Shown here piece after piece: positions 1-8,736 of a DNA stretch of 46,311 nucleotides. Within the stretch, counting starts at the first letter, position 1; each line of letters starts with the position of its first letter. The notes beneath the pieces were generated by a model. That model was not told the origin of the DNA, ran no database searches, and saw only the letters and a program-made list of their open reading frames with translations. Position numbers and translations under genes: made by a program. Origin of the DNA: Pseudomonadota bacterium (GTDB lineage: Bacteria; Myxococcota_A; Bradymonadia; UBA4248); the NCBI GenBank assembly GCA_017421975.1, contig JAFOHE010000022.1:1-46311 (forward strand). The letters run 5' to 3'.

Positions 1-381
1 CTGGCCAAAAATAAATTGTTTCAAAAGCAGTTGCCAGGTCGTTTTTTTTTGGGGTTTTAAATTTGAAACATCGCCGACGGCAATAGTACAGTTATTTTGT
101 GCAATGGCAGATGCGTTATATTTAATTGCTTTTTCAACAGAAAGCGCTGAATAATCGAAGCCATCAACGTTGGCGTGAGGGTATTTTTTTTGAAGGGCTG
201 CGATGTTACGGCCGCCACCACAGCCTAAATCGACAGCGCTTTGGGGTGCAATGCCTGGCATGAGCGATAACGCCCAATCTGCAAGTTCTGCATGACCTGA
301 GTTCATGCCGCGTAGCATGAGGGCACCCAGGAAGCCCTCGGGTTTTTTTGTTTGGCTAAAGAATTGTCTCAAGATTTGCAT
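1..381 (-). CDS. Class I SAM-dependent methyltransferase; runs off the window edge; apparent frameshift at an A9 tract (42-50)
   Basis: Not in the ORF track. Manual translation from ATG 381 gives MQILRQFFSQTKKPEGFLG...VDLGCGGG (motif I)...GFDYS...GDVSNL. The expected continuation DLATAFETIYFWP (40..2) lies in a different frame. Confidence 0.85.
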   Translation of the reverse strand, partial: MQILRQFFSQTKKPEGFLGALMLRGMNSGHAELADWALSLMPGIAPQSAVDLGCGGGRNIAALQKKYPHANVDGFDYSALSVEKAIKYNASAIAQNNCTIAVGDVSNLKPQKKTTWQLLLKQFIFGQ

Positions 382-420
382 TTTAGTACGCCTTTATGAA
401 TTTATTAGATATTGCTAAAA

Positions 421-472
421 TTGTTAGGATTGCCTAACAAATGAATCATGGCACAAAAATGAAAAGAGTCAA
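421..472 (-). promoter_or_regulatory. Putative sigma70 promoter with a palindromic operator for the methyltransferase
   Basis: Minus strand TTGACT (472-467), N16, then CATGAT (450-445) preceded by TGn. A perfect inverted repeat TTGTTAGG-attg-CCTAACAA lies at 421-440. Confidence 0.5.
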
Positions 473-784
473 GTATAATTGCAGAAGGCATGCATTTTGA
501 GTCATGAATCGTCGTCTTTTTGAGGATTTCAAGCAGGTTTTGGTGGCTCTTCTAAGGGAGAGCGCTGTAGATTTTTACGCTTGTTCGTGGGCACACTGGA
601 AGCGTGCGCGTGTGGTGTGGATGCAGATCGCAAGCGTGCTGTTTATGGCTTAGTCATGTGTCGTCGGCAAAGTCGTTTGCTCTATTGGAGAAGCGTTGCC
701 TACACAACGGCCAGGGGGGAACACCTCGTCCATGTCAAAAGTGTGTTTTAAGGAGAATGGACGAGGGGGCGTGAGATGATTCAG

Positions 785-1720
785 CTAAGCTTCAGGTATG
801 GGGGAGATTGGACGAGCCCCTTGGGGAACGATGAAGCGCGTGGCATGCGGTGCGATTTGTACGGTGAACTCGCTCGCTTTGATGGGTTCACCGTCCATGG
901 CGTAGACGAATCCCGGCGTCGCTTTGACATGGATTGTTTTGGCACGTTTAAAATGGATAAAAGAGCGGTAGTCGGGATTTGAAAGATGGGAACCATCTTT
1001 ATAGTGGCTGAAGACCTTAAAAAACATGAGAAGTGAAATGGGGTCGATGAGACAGACGTCGAGCCAGCCGTCGTCGTTTCGTGAGCGTGGGGCGCATCGA
1101 TAGGAGCCGCCGACATACTGACCGTTAGCAATGGTACAGAGGAGCAATGTTCCTTTAGGATTGATGATTTCGCCATCGGCTTCGACAGAACAGATGTGTT
1201 TTCTGGCCGTGAACAGGCCTTTGATGACAGCGGAAGGATAGGCATGCTTACCGCCGATGATGGGTTTACGTCGGATATCGCAGATGGTTTGAGCGACGCT
1301 TGAATCGAAGCCGAAGTGAGTTGCGTTGATGGCAAATTTGTCGCCGACGCGGATAAGGTCAATGGGCAGTTCATCACCTTCAATGAGCGCATTGAGATTG
1401 AGGAAGGGGGCCGAACCACCGTAATATTTGACGAAATCGTTACCGGAGCCACATGGGAAGCATCCCAAAGCTGCGTAAGGAAACTGAGCCGTTGCATTGG
1501 CTGCTTCGGAGAGCGTTCCATCTCCGCCGCAGGCATAGAAGCGGACGGGTTCCGTATGCGCTTTGCAGTAAGATTTAATGAAGCGCGTGGCGTCTCCCAC
1601 GCCAGTTGTAATGTAACATTCGCATTGGTCTTTGTATTTGGAAGCGTCGATTTGAGATTGAATCCGCGACGTGGCGTTTTCTTTTCCGGAAGCAGGATTG
1701 ACGATGAAAATGTGTTTCAT
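785..1720 (-). CDS. Diacylglycerol kinase family lipid kinase (YegS/BmrU-like)
   Basis: IVNPASG, CGGDGTLSE, PCGSGNDF, IANGQYVGG and MDGE motifs. Confidence 0.92.
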   Translation of the reverse strand: MKHIFIVNPASGKENATSRIQSQIDASKYKDQCECYITTGVGDATRFIKSYCKAHTEPVRFYACGGDGTLSEAANATAQFPYAALGCFPCGSGNDFVKYYGGSAPFLNLNALIEGDELPIDLIRVGDKFAINATHFGFDSSVAQTICDIRRKPIIGGKHAYPSAVIKGLFTARKHICSVEADGEIINPKGTLLLCTIANGQYVGGSYRCAPRSRNDDGWLDVCLIDPISLLMFFKVFSHYKDGSHLSNPDYRSFIHFKRAKTIHVKATPGFVYAMDGEPIKASEFTVQIAPHATRFIVPQGARPISPIPEA

Positions 1721-1763
1721 GGCGTTGTGTTGGAGAACCGAAGGGCAGAAGATCGCGTAAACT

Positions 1764-1785
1764 AAAAAGCCCGCGGGAAGCGGGC
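1764..1785 (-). terminator. Intrinsic terminator after asnS
   Basis: GCCCGC-N5-GCGGGC followed by T5 on the minus strand, about 20 nt after the asnS stop. Confidence 0.55.
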
Positions 1786-1806
1786 ATGATTATGTGAGGT
1801 TGCTTA

Positions 1807-3210
1807 TTAGAAGGCGATTTGGCGCGGCGCACGAGGGAAGGGGATGACGTCACGAATGTTATCGAGGCCGGTGGCGTACATCATGGCGCGTTCAAAGCCG
1901 AGTCCGAAGCCAGCATGTGGGACGGTACCATAGCGACGAAGATCGCGATACCAGCTGTATTCTTCTTTGACCATGCCGAGTTCTTCGAGGCGTTTGTCGA
2001 AGTAGTCGAGTCGTTCTTCGCGCTGGCTTCCGCCGATCATTTCACCGATGCCAGGGACGAGGACATCCATGGCAGCGACGGTTTTGTTATCGTCGTTTAA
2101 GCGCATATAGAAGGCTTTGATTTCTTTAGGATAATTGATGACAGCGACGGGTCCGCCGACGACTTTTTCGGTCAAAGCCCGTTCGTGTTCCGTTTGCATA
2201 TCCATGCCCCAGAAGACGTCGAAATCGAATTTCTGGTCGAGTTTCTGGAGGCGATCGACGGCTTCGGTGTAATCCATGACGGTAAGATGGGAGTTGACGA
2301 GGGATTCGAGGCGACGGATGCAGTCTTTGTCGACGCGCTGTTGGAAGAAGGCCATATCATCGGCGCGTTCATCGAGGACGGTTTTGAAGATGTGTTGAAT
2401 GAAAGACCATGCAAGTTCGGCATCATCATGGAGATCGGCGAAAGCGATTTCGGGTTCGACCATCCAGAATTCGGAGAGGTGACGACGCGTATTGGAATTT
2501 TCGGCACGGAAGGTTGGTCCGAAGGTGTAGACGCGTGTCAGCGCCGTGGCGTATGTTTCGACGTTAAGTTGTCCGGAAACAGTAAGGTGAGCTGGTTTTC
2601 CGAAAAAATCCTGGCTGTAATCGACGTCACCATTTTCGAGGCGTGGAAGATTGGCGAGATCGAGCGTTGAAACGCGGAACATATCGCCCGCGCCTTCACA
2701 GTCACTTCCCGTAATCAGAGGGGTATGAACCCAGTAGAACTGTCGTTCGTCGAAGAAGCGGTGAACAGCCATTGACAGCGTATGTCGAATGCGAGCGACG
2801 GCACCAAAGAGGTTTGTTCTTGGGCGGAGGTGGGCGACTTCACGCAAAAACTCTCTCGAGTGCGCTTTGGGCTGAATAGGGTAGCTGTTTGGATCTTCAA
2901 CCCAACCGACGACTTCGACGCGATCGGCGATGACTTCGTGCGCCTGTTTGCCGCCTTCAGATTCGACGAGTTTGCCTTCAATGCGAACGGCGCAACCGCA
3001 CGTGATGCGCATGATGTCTGATGCATAGTTGGAAAGCGTGTTATTGGCAACGACCTGGATAAGCGCGAAACACGTGCCATCACTTACGTTGATGAAGGAA
3101 AATGCCTTGGAATTGCGGATTGTGCGCACCCAGCCTTCGATGCAAACGTTGGTGCCAACGGCGATTTTGCCAGACTGGATATCTTTGATCATGGTGACCT
3201 GTTTGGACAT
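1807..3210 (-). CDS. asnS: Asparagine--tRNA ligase
   Basis: OB-fold GWVRT; LTVSGQL; [25 protein letters not shown]; IGGSQREER; GFGLGFER; RDVIPFPR. Confidence 0.98.
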   Translation of the reverse strand: MSKQVTMIKDIQSGKIAVGTNVCIEGWVRTIRNSKAFSFINVSDGTCFALIQVVANNTLSNYASDIMRITCGCAVRIEGKLVESEGGKQAHEVIADRVEVVGWVEDPNSYPIQPKAHSREFLREVAHLRPRTNLFGAVARIRHTLSMAVHRFFDERQFYWVHTPLITGSDCEGAGDMFRVSTLDLANLPRLENGDVDYSQDFFGKPAHLTVSGQLNVETYATALTRVYTFGPTFRAENSNTRRHLSEFWMVEPEIAFADLHDDAELAWSFIQHIFKTVLDERADDMAFFQQRVDKDCIRRLESLVNSHLTVMDYTEAVDRLQKLDQKFDFDVFWGMDMQTEHERALTEKVVGGPVAVINYPKEIKAFYMRLNDDNKTVAAMDVLVPGIGEMIGGSQREERLDYFDKRLEELGMVKEEYSWYRDLRRYGTVPHAGFGLGFERAMMYATGLDNIRDVIPFPRAPRQIAF

Positions 3211-3425
3211 ATATGAACTCCCAAATGAATTGACGTGATTTGACCCCGCTGTGGTGGGTCAGTCCAAAAACGAATGTTTATAATCACGAATGGCGCATTT
3301 TTTCAAGCTGTGTCCTGCATGAAACGTTGCAGGAATCGGAAATAGGGTTGCGTCAACAATAAGAAATCGTATAAAATTGTATGTCCTTATTTGAAGGGAT
3401 CAACCTGTTTTGGGAGGAATAGATC

Positions 3426-4598
3426 ATGATGAGTGATGATGATAAGCGCATGGATTCTGAGAAAACATCTGAAGAGAAAATTGCGGATGTGATTGATTTT
3501 GAAGAAGCGCGAGAGAAAAAAGAAGCCGAAAATACGGATAGTAATGCGAATTCTGAACCCATATCTCTCGGCGAGGCCATTGAAGGCATCAAAGAGATGT
3601 TTGCCAGTCTTCGTGCGCAGATGGAGCCCGTCCGTCATACCATCAACGATTTGATTGATGCATCCAAAGCCGGCGTTGCGTCAGCGCGTGAAAAGATGGG
3701 ACTTGATGAAGAAGGTGAGCCGAAAGACGCCGCCAATGACGAAGCGGATACTGTCAAAGATGAAGCTGCTTCTTCTTTATCTTCAAACGATGAAGATAAA
3801 GAAGCCAAAGATATTATTGATGGCGGTTTTGAGCGTGCCAAAGCAGCCATGACGGCAGAGCAGGAGACTGTGAAAGAAACGAGCGAAGTCATTAATCTCG
3901 CTTATGAACGCCTGAAACGCCAGGGTATTGAGAAAAAGATCGACCTTCAAAACGTCATTCGTGAGCAATTTGAAGCATACGCCGACAAAAATCTCACGGA
4001 TAAGGATTACACGATAGACGAAAATGGCAAAAAAGTTGTCAAACTTGATGCCAAATTTATGCAGGAACACGGTATGGAAGCGATACCGACAGTTCTTGGT
4101 GGCATTGCCCATTCGGTCGTGGGGACGCTTTTTGGGGATGTTTTGGGCATTCAGCCAGATAAGCCCAAGGATGAAGAAGTTGCATCTGATGAAGCAGGCA
4201 CAGATGCTTCGGATGCTTCGTCAGCCACCAAAGATGAGCCGAAATATAAAGTTCAGTTTGATTTTGCGAAACTCCTCGGAGAGGCCATCAAAGGGGCAAA
4301 AATCTCTTCAGTGAAATCTTCTGAAACGGGAGAAACAATTGATTATGATAACAAAGACGCAGCTGTTGCAAGAGAAGTTGCCTCAAAAGGTGCGCAACTG
4401 ATGGAAGACGTCTTAAATGGCAAAGAACCTGACGAATCATTGTCTAAAATTGAAGGCGTCATAAAAGAAGCGCAAGCACCGGCATCGCTGACGCCTGAAG
4501 AGATTACGCCTGTCGATGAGAAGCATCAGCGCATCCTTGATCTTGCAAAAGAATATGATCATGCGCTGAAAGGCGAGGATGAAAACGACGAGACGTAG
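3426..4598 (+). CDS. Highly acidic hypothetical protein
   Basis: 390-aa ORF with RBS GGAGG upstream; D/E-rich; no family recognised. Confidence 0.8.
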   Translation: MMSDDDKRMDSEKTSEEKIADVIDFEEAREKKEAENTDSNANSEPISLGEAIEGIKEMFASLRAQMEPVRHTINDLIDASKAGVASAREKMGLDEEGEPKDAANDEADTVKDEAASSLSSNDEDKEAKDIIDGGFERAKAAMTAEQETVKETSEVINLAYERLKRQGIEKKIDLQNVIREQFEAYADKNLTDKDYTIDENGKKVVKLDAKFMQEHGMEAIPTVLGGIAHSVVGTLFGDVLGIQPDKPKDEEVASDEAGTDASDASSATKDEPKYKVQFDFAKLLGEAIKGAKISSVKSSETGETIDYDNKDAAVAREVASKGAQLMEDVLNGKEPDESLSKIEGVIKEAQAPASLTPEEITPVDEKHQRILDLAKEYDHALKGEDENDET

Positions 4599-4624
4599 AC
4601 TGCGTTTTGGCATTTTTCACGCGT

Positions 4625-4657
4625 GCCCCTTCCCTGCATGGGCAGGGGCGATTTTAA
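4625..4657 (+). terminator. Possible terminator hairpin
   Basis: GCCCCT(T)CCC-tgcat-GGG(C)AGGGGC followed by a T-rich run. Confidence 0.4.
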
Positions 4658-4961
4658 ATTTTGTGCATGAACGTAGCGTAAACGTGTTCCCTTCATTCAT
4701 GGCCAGAGGCGTTTTTTGTCGTGTGGATGGCGCGGCATATTGAGCCATGATTGGGTAATTAATTGTATTGAAAAAAACGCATAATATGCGTCTTGGTGTA
4801 CAGCTTCGTTATCTTATTGAAAAAGTATCGTTGTATTCCTTTTTGACGCAAATCATTTATGAGCGTAAAGTAACAAAAGTCAGTTTTACTGACGCTGGCA
4901 AGCATATCTTTGACATAGATAGAGATATGCATTTTGTTTATTTTATTGGAGGATCGACTTT

Positions 4962-5810
4962 ATGAGTCTTATTAAACAATCCATTGCCGAGTTGATCGGT
5001 ACATTTTGGCTTGTCTTTGGCGGTTGCGGCGCTGCGCTTCTCGCCTGTGGAGTACCCGATAATGGTATTGGTTATCTCGGCGTTTCTCTTGCTTTTGGTT
5101 TGACGGTTTTGACGATGGCTTTTGCCATTGGCCATATTTCCGGTTGCCATTTGAACCCCGCTGTCACGCTTGGTCTTCTTGCTTCCGGTCGTGACAAAGA
5201 TCCCAAACGTGCCGTTTTCTTCATTATTGCTCAGTGCATTGGTGGCATCATTGCTGCTGGTCTTCTCTTTGCAATCGTCAAAAACTCGCTCAATATTCCT
5301 GATTCTGGTGCTCTAGCTGGTACATTTGCAACAAACGGTTGGTCAACGGATGGTGCTGCCCGTTTTGGTAATATTGCTTATGGCATGGGTGCAGCTTTTG
5401 CGATTGAAGCTGTCCTTACCTGCATTTTCCTCTTTGTCATCATCGGTGCGACGGACAAACGTGCGCCTGCCGGCTTTGGCCCGATCGCCATCGGTCTTTG
5501 CCTGACGCTCATCCACCTGATTAGTATTCCTGTGACCAACACGTCTGTCAACCCTGCGCGTTCGACGGCAATGGCGATTTTCGTTGGTGGTGAACCCGTG
5601 AGCCAGCTCTGGCTGTTCTGGGTTGCGCCTATCCTCGGCGCTGTGATTGCTGGCCTGCTTTATCGTTTTGTTTTCGAAGCAAAAGATGAATGCTGCTGCG
5701 GTGGCAAATGCAAATGCGATGATTGCAAATGCGAAAAGAAAGCTGAGAAAGTAGAAGAGAAGAAAGAAGAAAAAGCTGAAGAGAAGAAGGAAGAAAAAGC
5801 TTCTGAATAA
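4962..5810 (+). CDS. aqpZ: Aquaporin Z with a Cys-rich and Lys/Glu-rich C-terminal extension
   Basis: [15 protein letters not shown]; [11 protein letters not shown]; [11 protein letters not shown] (two NPA motifs); LWLFWVAPI. Confidence 0.96.
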   Translation: MSLIKQSIAELIGTFWLVFGGCGAALLACGVPDNGIGYLGVSLAFGLTVLTMAFAIGHISGCHLNPAVTLGLLASGRDKDPKRAVFFIIAQCIGGIIAAGLLFAIVKNSLNIPDSGALAGTFATNGWSTDGAARFGNIAYGMGAAFAIEAVLTCIFLFVIIGATDKRAPAGFGPIAIGLCLTLIHLISIPVTNTSVNPARSTAMAIFVGGEPVSQLWLFWVAPILGAVIAGLLYRFVFEAKDECCCGGKCKCDDCKCEKKAEKVEEKKEEKAEEKKEEKASE

Positions 5811-5828
5811 TCGTCAGCAGAAGTCATG

Positions 5829-5859
5829 AAAAAGGCGGATTTTAGGATCCGCCTTTTTT
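5829..5859. terminator. Bidirectional intrinsic terminator after aqpZ
   Basis: AAAAAGGCGGAT-loop-ATCCGCCTTTTTT between convergent genes. Confidence 0.85.
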
Positions 5860-5953
5860 AGTTTTTAATGCGATTGGAAGCGTCATGATTGATGCAAGCG
5901 TCATGTTTTTGTGGTTGGTATAAACCAACTCCGGCATGATGATTCGTAGTTTT

Positions 5954-6106
5954 GGGGGCGTTGCGGGGGATGCCCCCGCAGAGGGGGTAGCGGCGTATGG
6001 CGCAGAAGGGGGCGTTGCTATCGGCGGAGCCGATACGCAACGCGGCGCGGCTTCTCGCTTTGCTCAATACGCCGCGCCATAGCCGCGCAGGGGGCGTCTG
6101 CCCCCT
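5954..6106 (-). repeat. Dispersed palindromic element (REP/REPIN- or MITE-like), copy 1, long form
   Basis: Near-identical to 18205-18357 and 34011-34164; contains several hairpins; ends GGGGGC...GCCCCC. Confidence 0.92.
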
Positions 6107-6111
6107 CAAAA

Positions 6112-7605
6112 TTAATCGTTATTTTCCCTGTCGCCATCGAGTTTTTTAAGTTTCCGATGGAGGCTTGTGCGTTCGATGGCCAGAACATCCGCCGTTCGAG
6201 AAACATTGTTGCCCAAGAGTTTAAGCGTTGCCTGAATGTAAGCGAATTCGGCAATGGCGCGGAAATCGCGCAGTGGCATGGAGCCTGGTTTGATGGCGGC
6301 GATTTCAGCCATGGGAGATTGATCTTCGGAAGGTGTTATGGGTAGGGCGGCAGCCGTATCATCGATTTGGGGTGCCGATTCTGTGGGTGTGACAGTCGTT
6401 GGCTCTGCTTGTGGTGTATCAGGCAACGGCATGAGGGGGACTTCGTCGGTGACGTCGACGGGAAGATCGGCGAGCGTGACCGTATCGGAACACATGATGA
6501 CGAAGCGCTCACAAATGTTTCGGAGTTCACGGATGTTGCCTGGGTAGCTGTATCGGCTCAACAGATCCATGGCGCGGTCACTGACGTTGAGTACAGGTCT
6601 TCCGTATTCCATGGCGATTTGTTTGAGGAAGACGTTGATGAGGAGAGGGACGTCTTCGAGTCGTTCGCGCAAGGGGGGAACGTGGATAGGCACGACGTTG
6701 AGTCGGAAGTAGAGGTCTTCGCGGAAAGTGCCTTCAGCGACAGCTTTTTTGAGGTCTTTGTTCGTTGCAGCAATGACGCGGACATCGACGGTTTCGAGTT
6801 TTTCGCCACCGACGCGTGTGAACTCACCATTTTGTAGGACGCGCAGGACTTTTGCCTGAGCGGCGAGTGACATATCGCCGATTTCGTCGAGGAAGATGGT
6901 TCCGCCGTCAGCCATTTCGAAGAGACCTCGTTTTTTAACGGCAGCGCCTGTAAATGAACCTTTTTCGTGTCCGAAGAGCTCGCTTTCGATGAGTTCAGAA
7001 GGGATGGCGCTGCAATTAACTTTGACAAAAGAGCGTTTGGCGCGTTGAGACAGGGCGTGGATGGAACGCGCGACGAGGTCTTTTCCGACGCCGGATTCGC
7101 CCAGAATGAGGACTTTTCCCATGGTTGGACCGACGACTTCAACGGATTTCCGGATTTTCTGCATGGCAGGTGAGTTTCCGATCATGCCACAATAACGTTC
7201 GTCGGCGGTTTCGAGAGATTGAACGCGTTGTGAAAGGATGTGGCGCTCTACGGCGTTTCGGACGGTCAAAATGAGACGTTCGCGGTCAATGGGTTTTTCG
7301 AGGAAATCGAACGCGCCTAAGCGCGTGGCGTTGACAGCGTCATTGAGTGTGGCGTGACCGCTCATCATAATAATTTCTGGTCGGTTATCGTCTTCACGGA
7401 TATGATCGAGCATTTCGATGCCGCTCATACCAGACATTTGTACGTCAGCGATGAGAACGTCATAAGGGTGTTCAGCGAGTTTGGAGAGCCCTTCCTCAGC
7501 ACTTGAAGCCGTCTCAATTTCGTAATCTTCGTCCATGAGTACCATACGGACAGTACGACAGATATTCTTTTCGTCATCGACAATCAGGATGTTTGCACAC
7601 GTCAT
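6112..7605 (-). CDS. Sigma54-dependent response regulator (NtrC/NtrX/AtoC family: receiver, AAA+, Fis HTH)
   Basis: ILIVDDE, receiver Asp in ADVQM; GESGVGKD; ELFGHEKGSFTGA; FLDEIG; FREDLYFRLNV; YPGNIRELRN; C-terminal HTH. Confidence 0.96.
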   Translation of the reverse strand: MTCANILIVDDEKNICRTVRMVLMDEDYEIETASSAEEGLSKLAEHPYDVLIADVQMSGMSGIEMLDHIREDDNRPEIIMMSGHATLNDAVNATRLGAFDFLEKPIDRERLILTVRNAVERHILSQRVQSLETADERYCGMIGNSPAMQKIRKSVEVVGPTMGKVLILGESGVGKDLVARSIHALSQRAKRSFVKVNCSAIPSELIESELFGHEKGSFTGAAVKKRGLFEMADGGTIFLDEIGDMSLAAQAKVLRVLQNGEFTRVGGEKLETVDVRVIAATNKDLKKAVAEGTFREDLYFRLNVVPIHVPPLRERLEDVPLLINVFLKQIAMEYGRPVLNVSDRAMDLLSRYSYPGNIRELRNICERFVIMCSDTVTLADLPVDVTDEVPLMPLPDTPQAEPTTVTPTESAPQIDDTAAALPITPSEDQSPMAEIAAIKPGSMPLRDFRAIAEFAYIQATLKLLGNNVSRTADVLAIERTSLHRKLKKLDGDRENND

Positions 7606-7607
7606 AA

Positions 7608-8333
7608 TTATTTAGCCTCATATCCGACAGCCATATTGAAGAGCGGACGATTGGTCGGCTCAATGCCAAGTGATTTTTGTAATTCGGACTGATCACCGCG
7701 CATCATGCGGATGACCGTAGCGAGCCCTTCGGCAGCGCAATAGAGCGCAATATTTTGAGAAACGACGCCTGAATCAATGCCTTGAATAACTTCATTATCG
7801 GCAAAAGAAGAAGTCACGATCAATTCGACGGGGGCGGCTTTGACGGGACGCAGATCACCTTCTGCGACGCGAATGAGTTTGTGTGCGACGTGATCATAAC
7901 GATACGTGGCTTTTTCGAAGGCAACGAAGAGCGATACGCTTTGCAGATTTCGAGCCGATGGAGCGGTGCGCTTGCCGTCTTCGCGATTGATGCCGTTGCC
8001 AGACCAGAGCAGAGCCGAGAGCTGTTCAAGTGAAATCATCTGATCGGTATAACTTCGAATACTGCGTCTGTCCTGTAGGCATTGTGTCAATGTCGCCTTG
8101 ACGGGGAGTGGTTTAGGCAGGCTGATTTCTGCTTCGCCGACGGCGATGGGGGTTTGGGAAACTTTTTGAGCAGGCGCAGGTGCTTCGGCAGTCGGTGTCG
8201 CTTCGGCGGCAGCCGTGTTAGGCGCTTCGGCGGGTGGGGGCGTTACTGGCTGTTGCGGACAATTGCATGGTTCTGCCTGACAGGCAGTGATGAAGAAGCC
8301 GATACTCAGCATAAGACTTATTTTTTTTATCAT
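7608..8333 (-). CDS. Lipoprotein with a SagB/ThcOx-like nitroreductase domain
   Basis: Lipobox ITAC; Pro/Ala linker; RRSIRSY; RTAPSARN; DSGVVSQNIALYCAAEGL. Confidence 0.85.
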   Translation of the reverse strand: MIKKISLMLSIGFFITACQAEPCNCPQQPVTPPPAEAPNTAAAEATPTAEAPAPAQKVSQTPIAVGEAEISLPKPLPVKATLTQCLQDRRSIRSYTDQMISLEQLSALLWSGNGINREDGKRTAPSARNLQSVSLFVAFEKATYRYDHVAHKLIRVAEGDLRPVKAAPVELIVTSSFADNEVIQGIDSGVVSQNIALYCAAEGLATVIRMMRGDQSELQKSLGIEPTNRPLFNMAVGYEAK

Positions 8334-8465
8334 CTGTATTTTACCTCCGAGTTAAAAAATGACGTGGCACGGATGATTGTCTAAATTAACGGAAACGAGC
8401 AAGTTTGGCAACGCGTGACATAAAAAACAGGTCATGCGGCGTGCGTACACATGGCATACAATTTT

Positions 8466-8556
8466 TAGTTTTCAGTTTTCAGTAATCATTCAGTAGTCAG
8501 TAGGCGCGGTCTCGTACTCGCCCCAATGCTTAGCTTCGCCCCGAAGCGTAGTCAGT
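8466..8556 (+). repeat. Degenerate heptamer repeats plus a REP-like GTAGG unit, related to 11042-11210
   Basis: TTTTCAG x2 and TCAGTAG x2, then GTAGGCGCGGTCTCGTACTCGCCCC, then a small TAGCTTCG/CGAAGC[G]TA hairpin. Confidence 0.5.
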
Positions 8557-8736
8557 TTTTCCACACAGCGTGCATTTGCCAGAAGGGGAGGGCAGGTGTG
8601 TTTCCAGGGTATGCTTACATTCATGGCATACGCAAACGATTACGCCTGACGCCTTGTTGCAACATGGCTTGGAGAGTTGAACTTCGTCTTTTGCATTGTT
8701 ATAAAGGAACAGGGGGAGGCCTGAATGGAGATCATT

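Noticed and set aside
781-1536. Alternative-frame and antisense ORFs of 200 aa or more (781-1536, 9022-9891, 13443-14162, 24435-25217, 25248-25883)
   Set aside because: Each overlaps a CDS with clear family motifs and has no coding signal of its own.
4609-4623. Other sigma54-like sites (TGGCAT near 4609, TGGCAC near 8365)
   Set aside because: They lack TTGC at the correct -12 spacing.
5954-6106. Element as a tRNA, known riboswitch or autonomous IS
   Set aside because: It has no tRNA arms or T-loop consensus, no riboswitch core I recognise, no transposase ORF and no target-site duplication.
5858-6109. Small ORFs sharing peptide sequence (5858-6109, 18140-18334, 25992-26231, 33946-34149, 33980-34276) as a small-protein family
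   Set aside because: They are translations of the palindromic repeat on both strands and share no start, stop or RBS.
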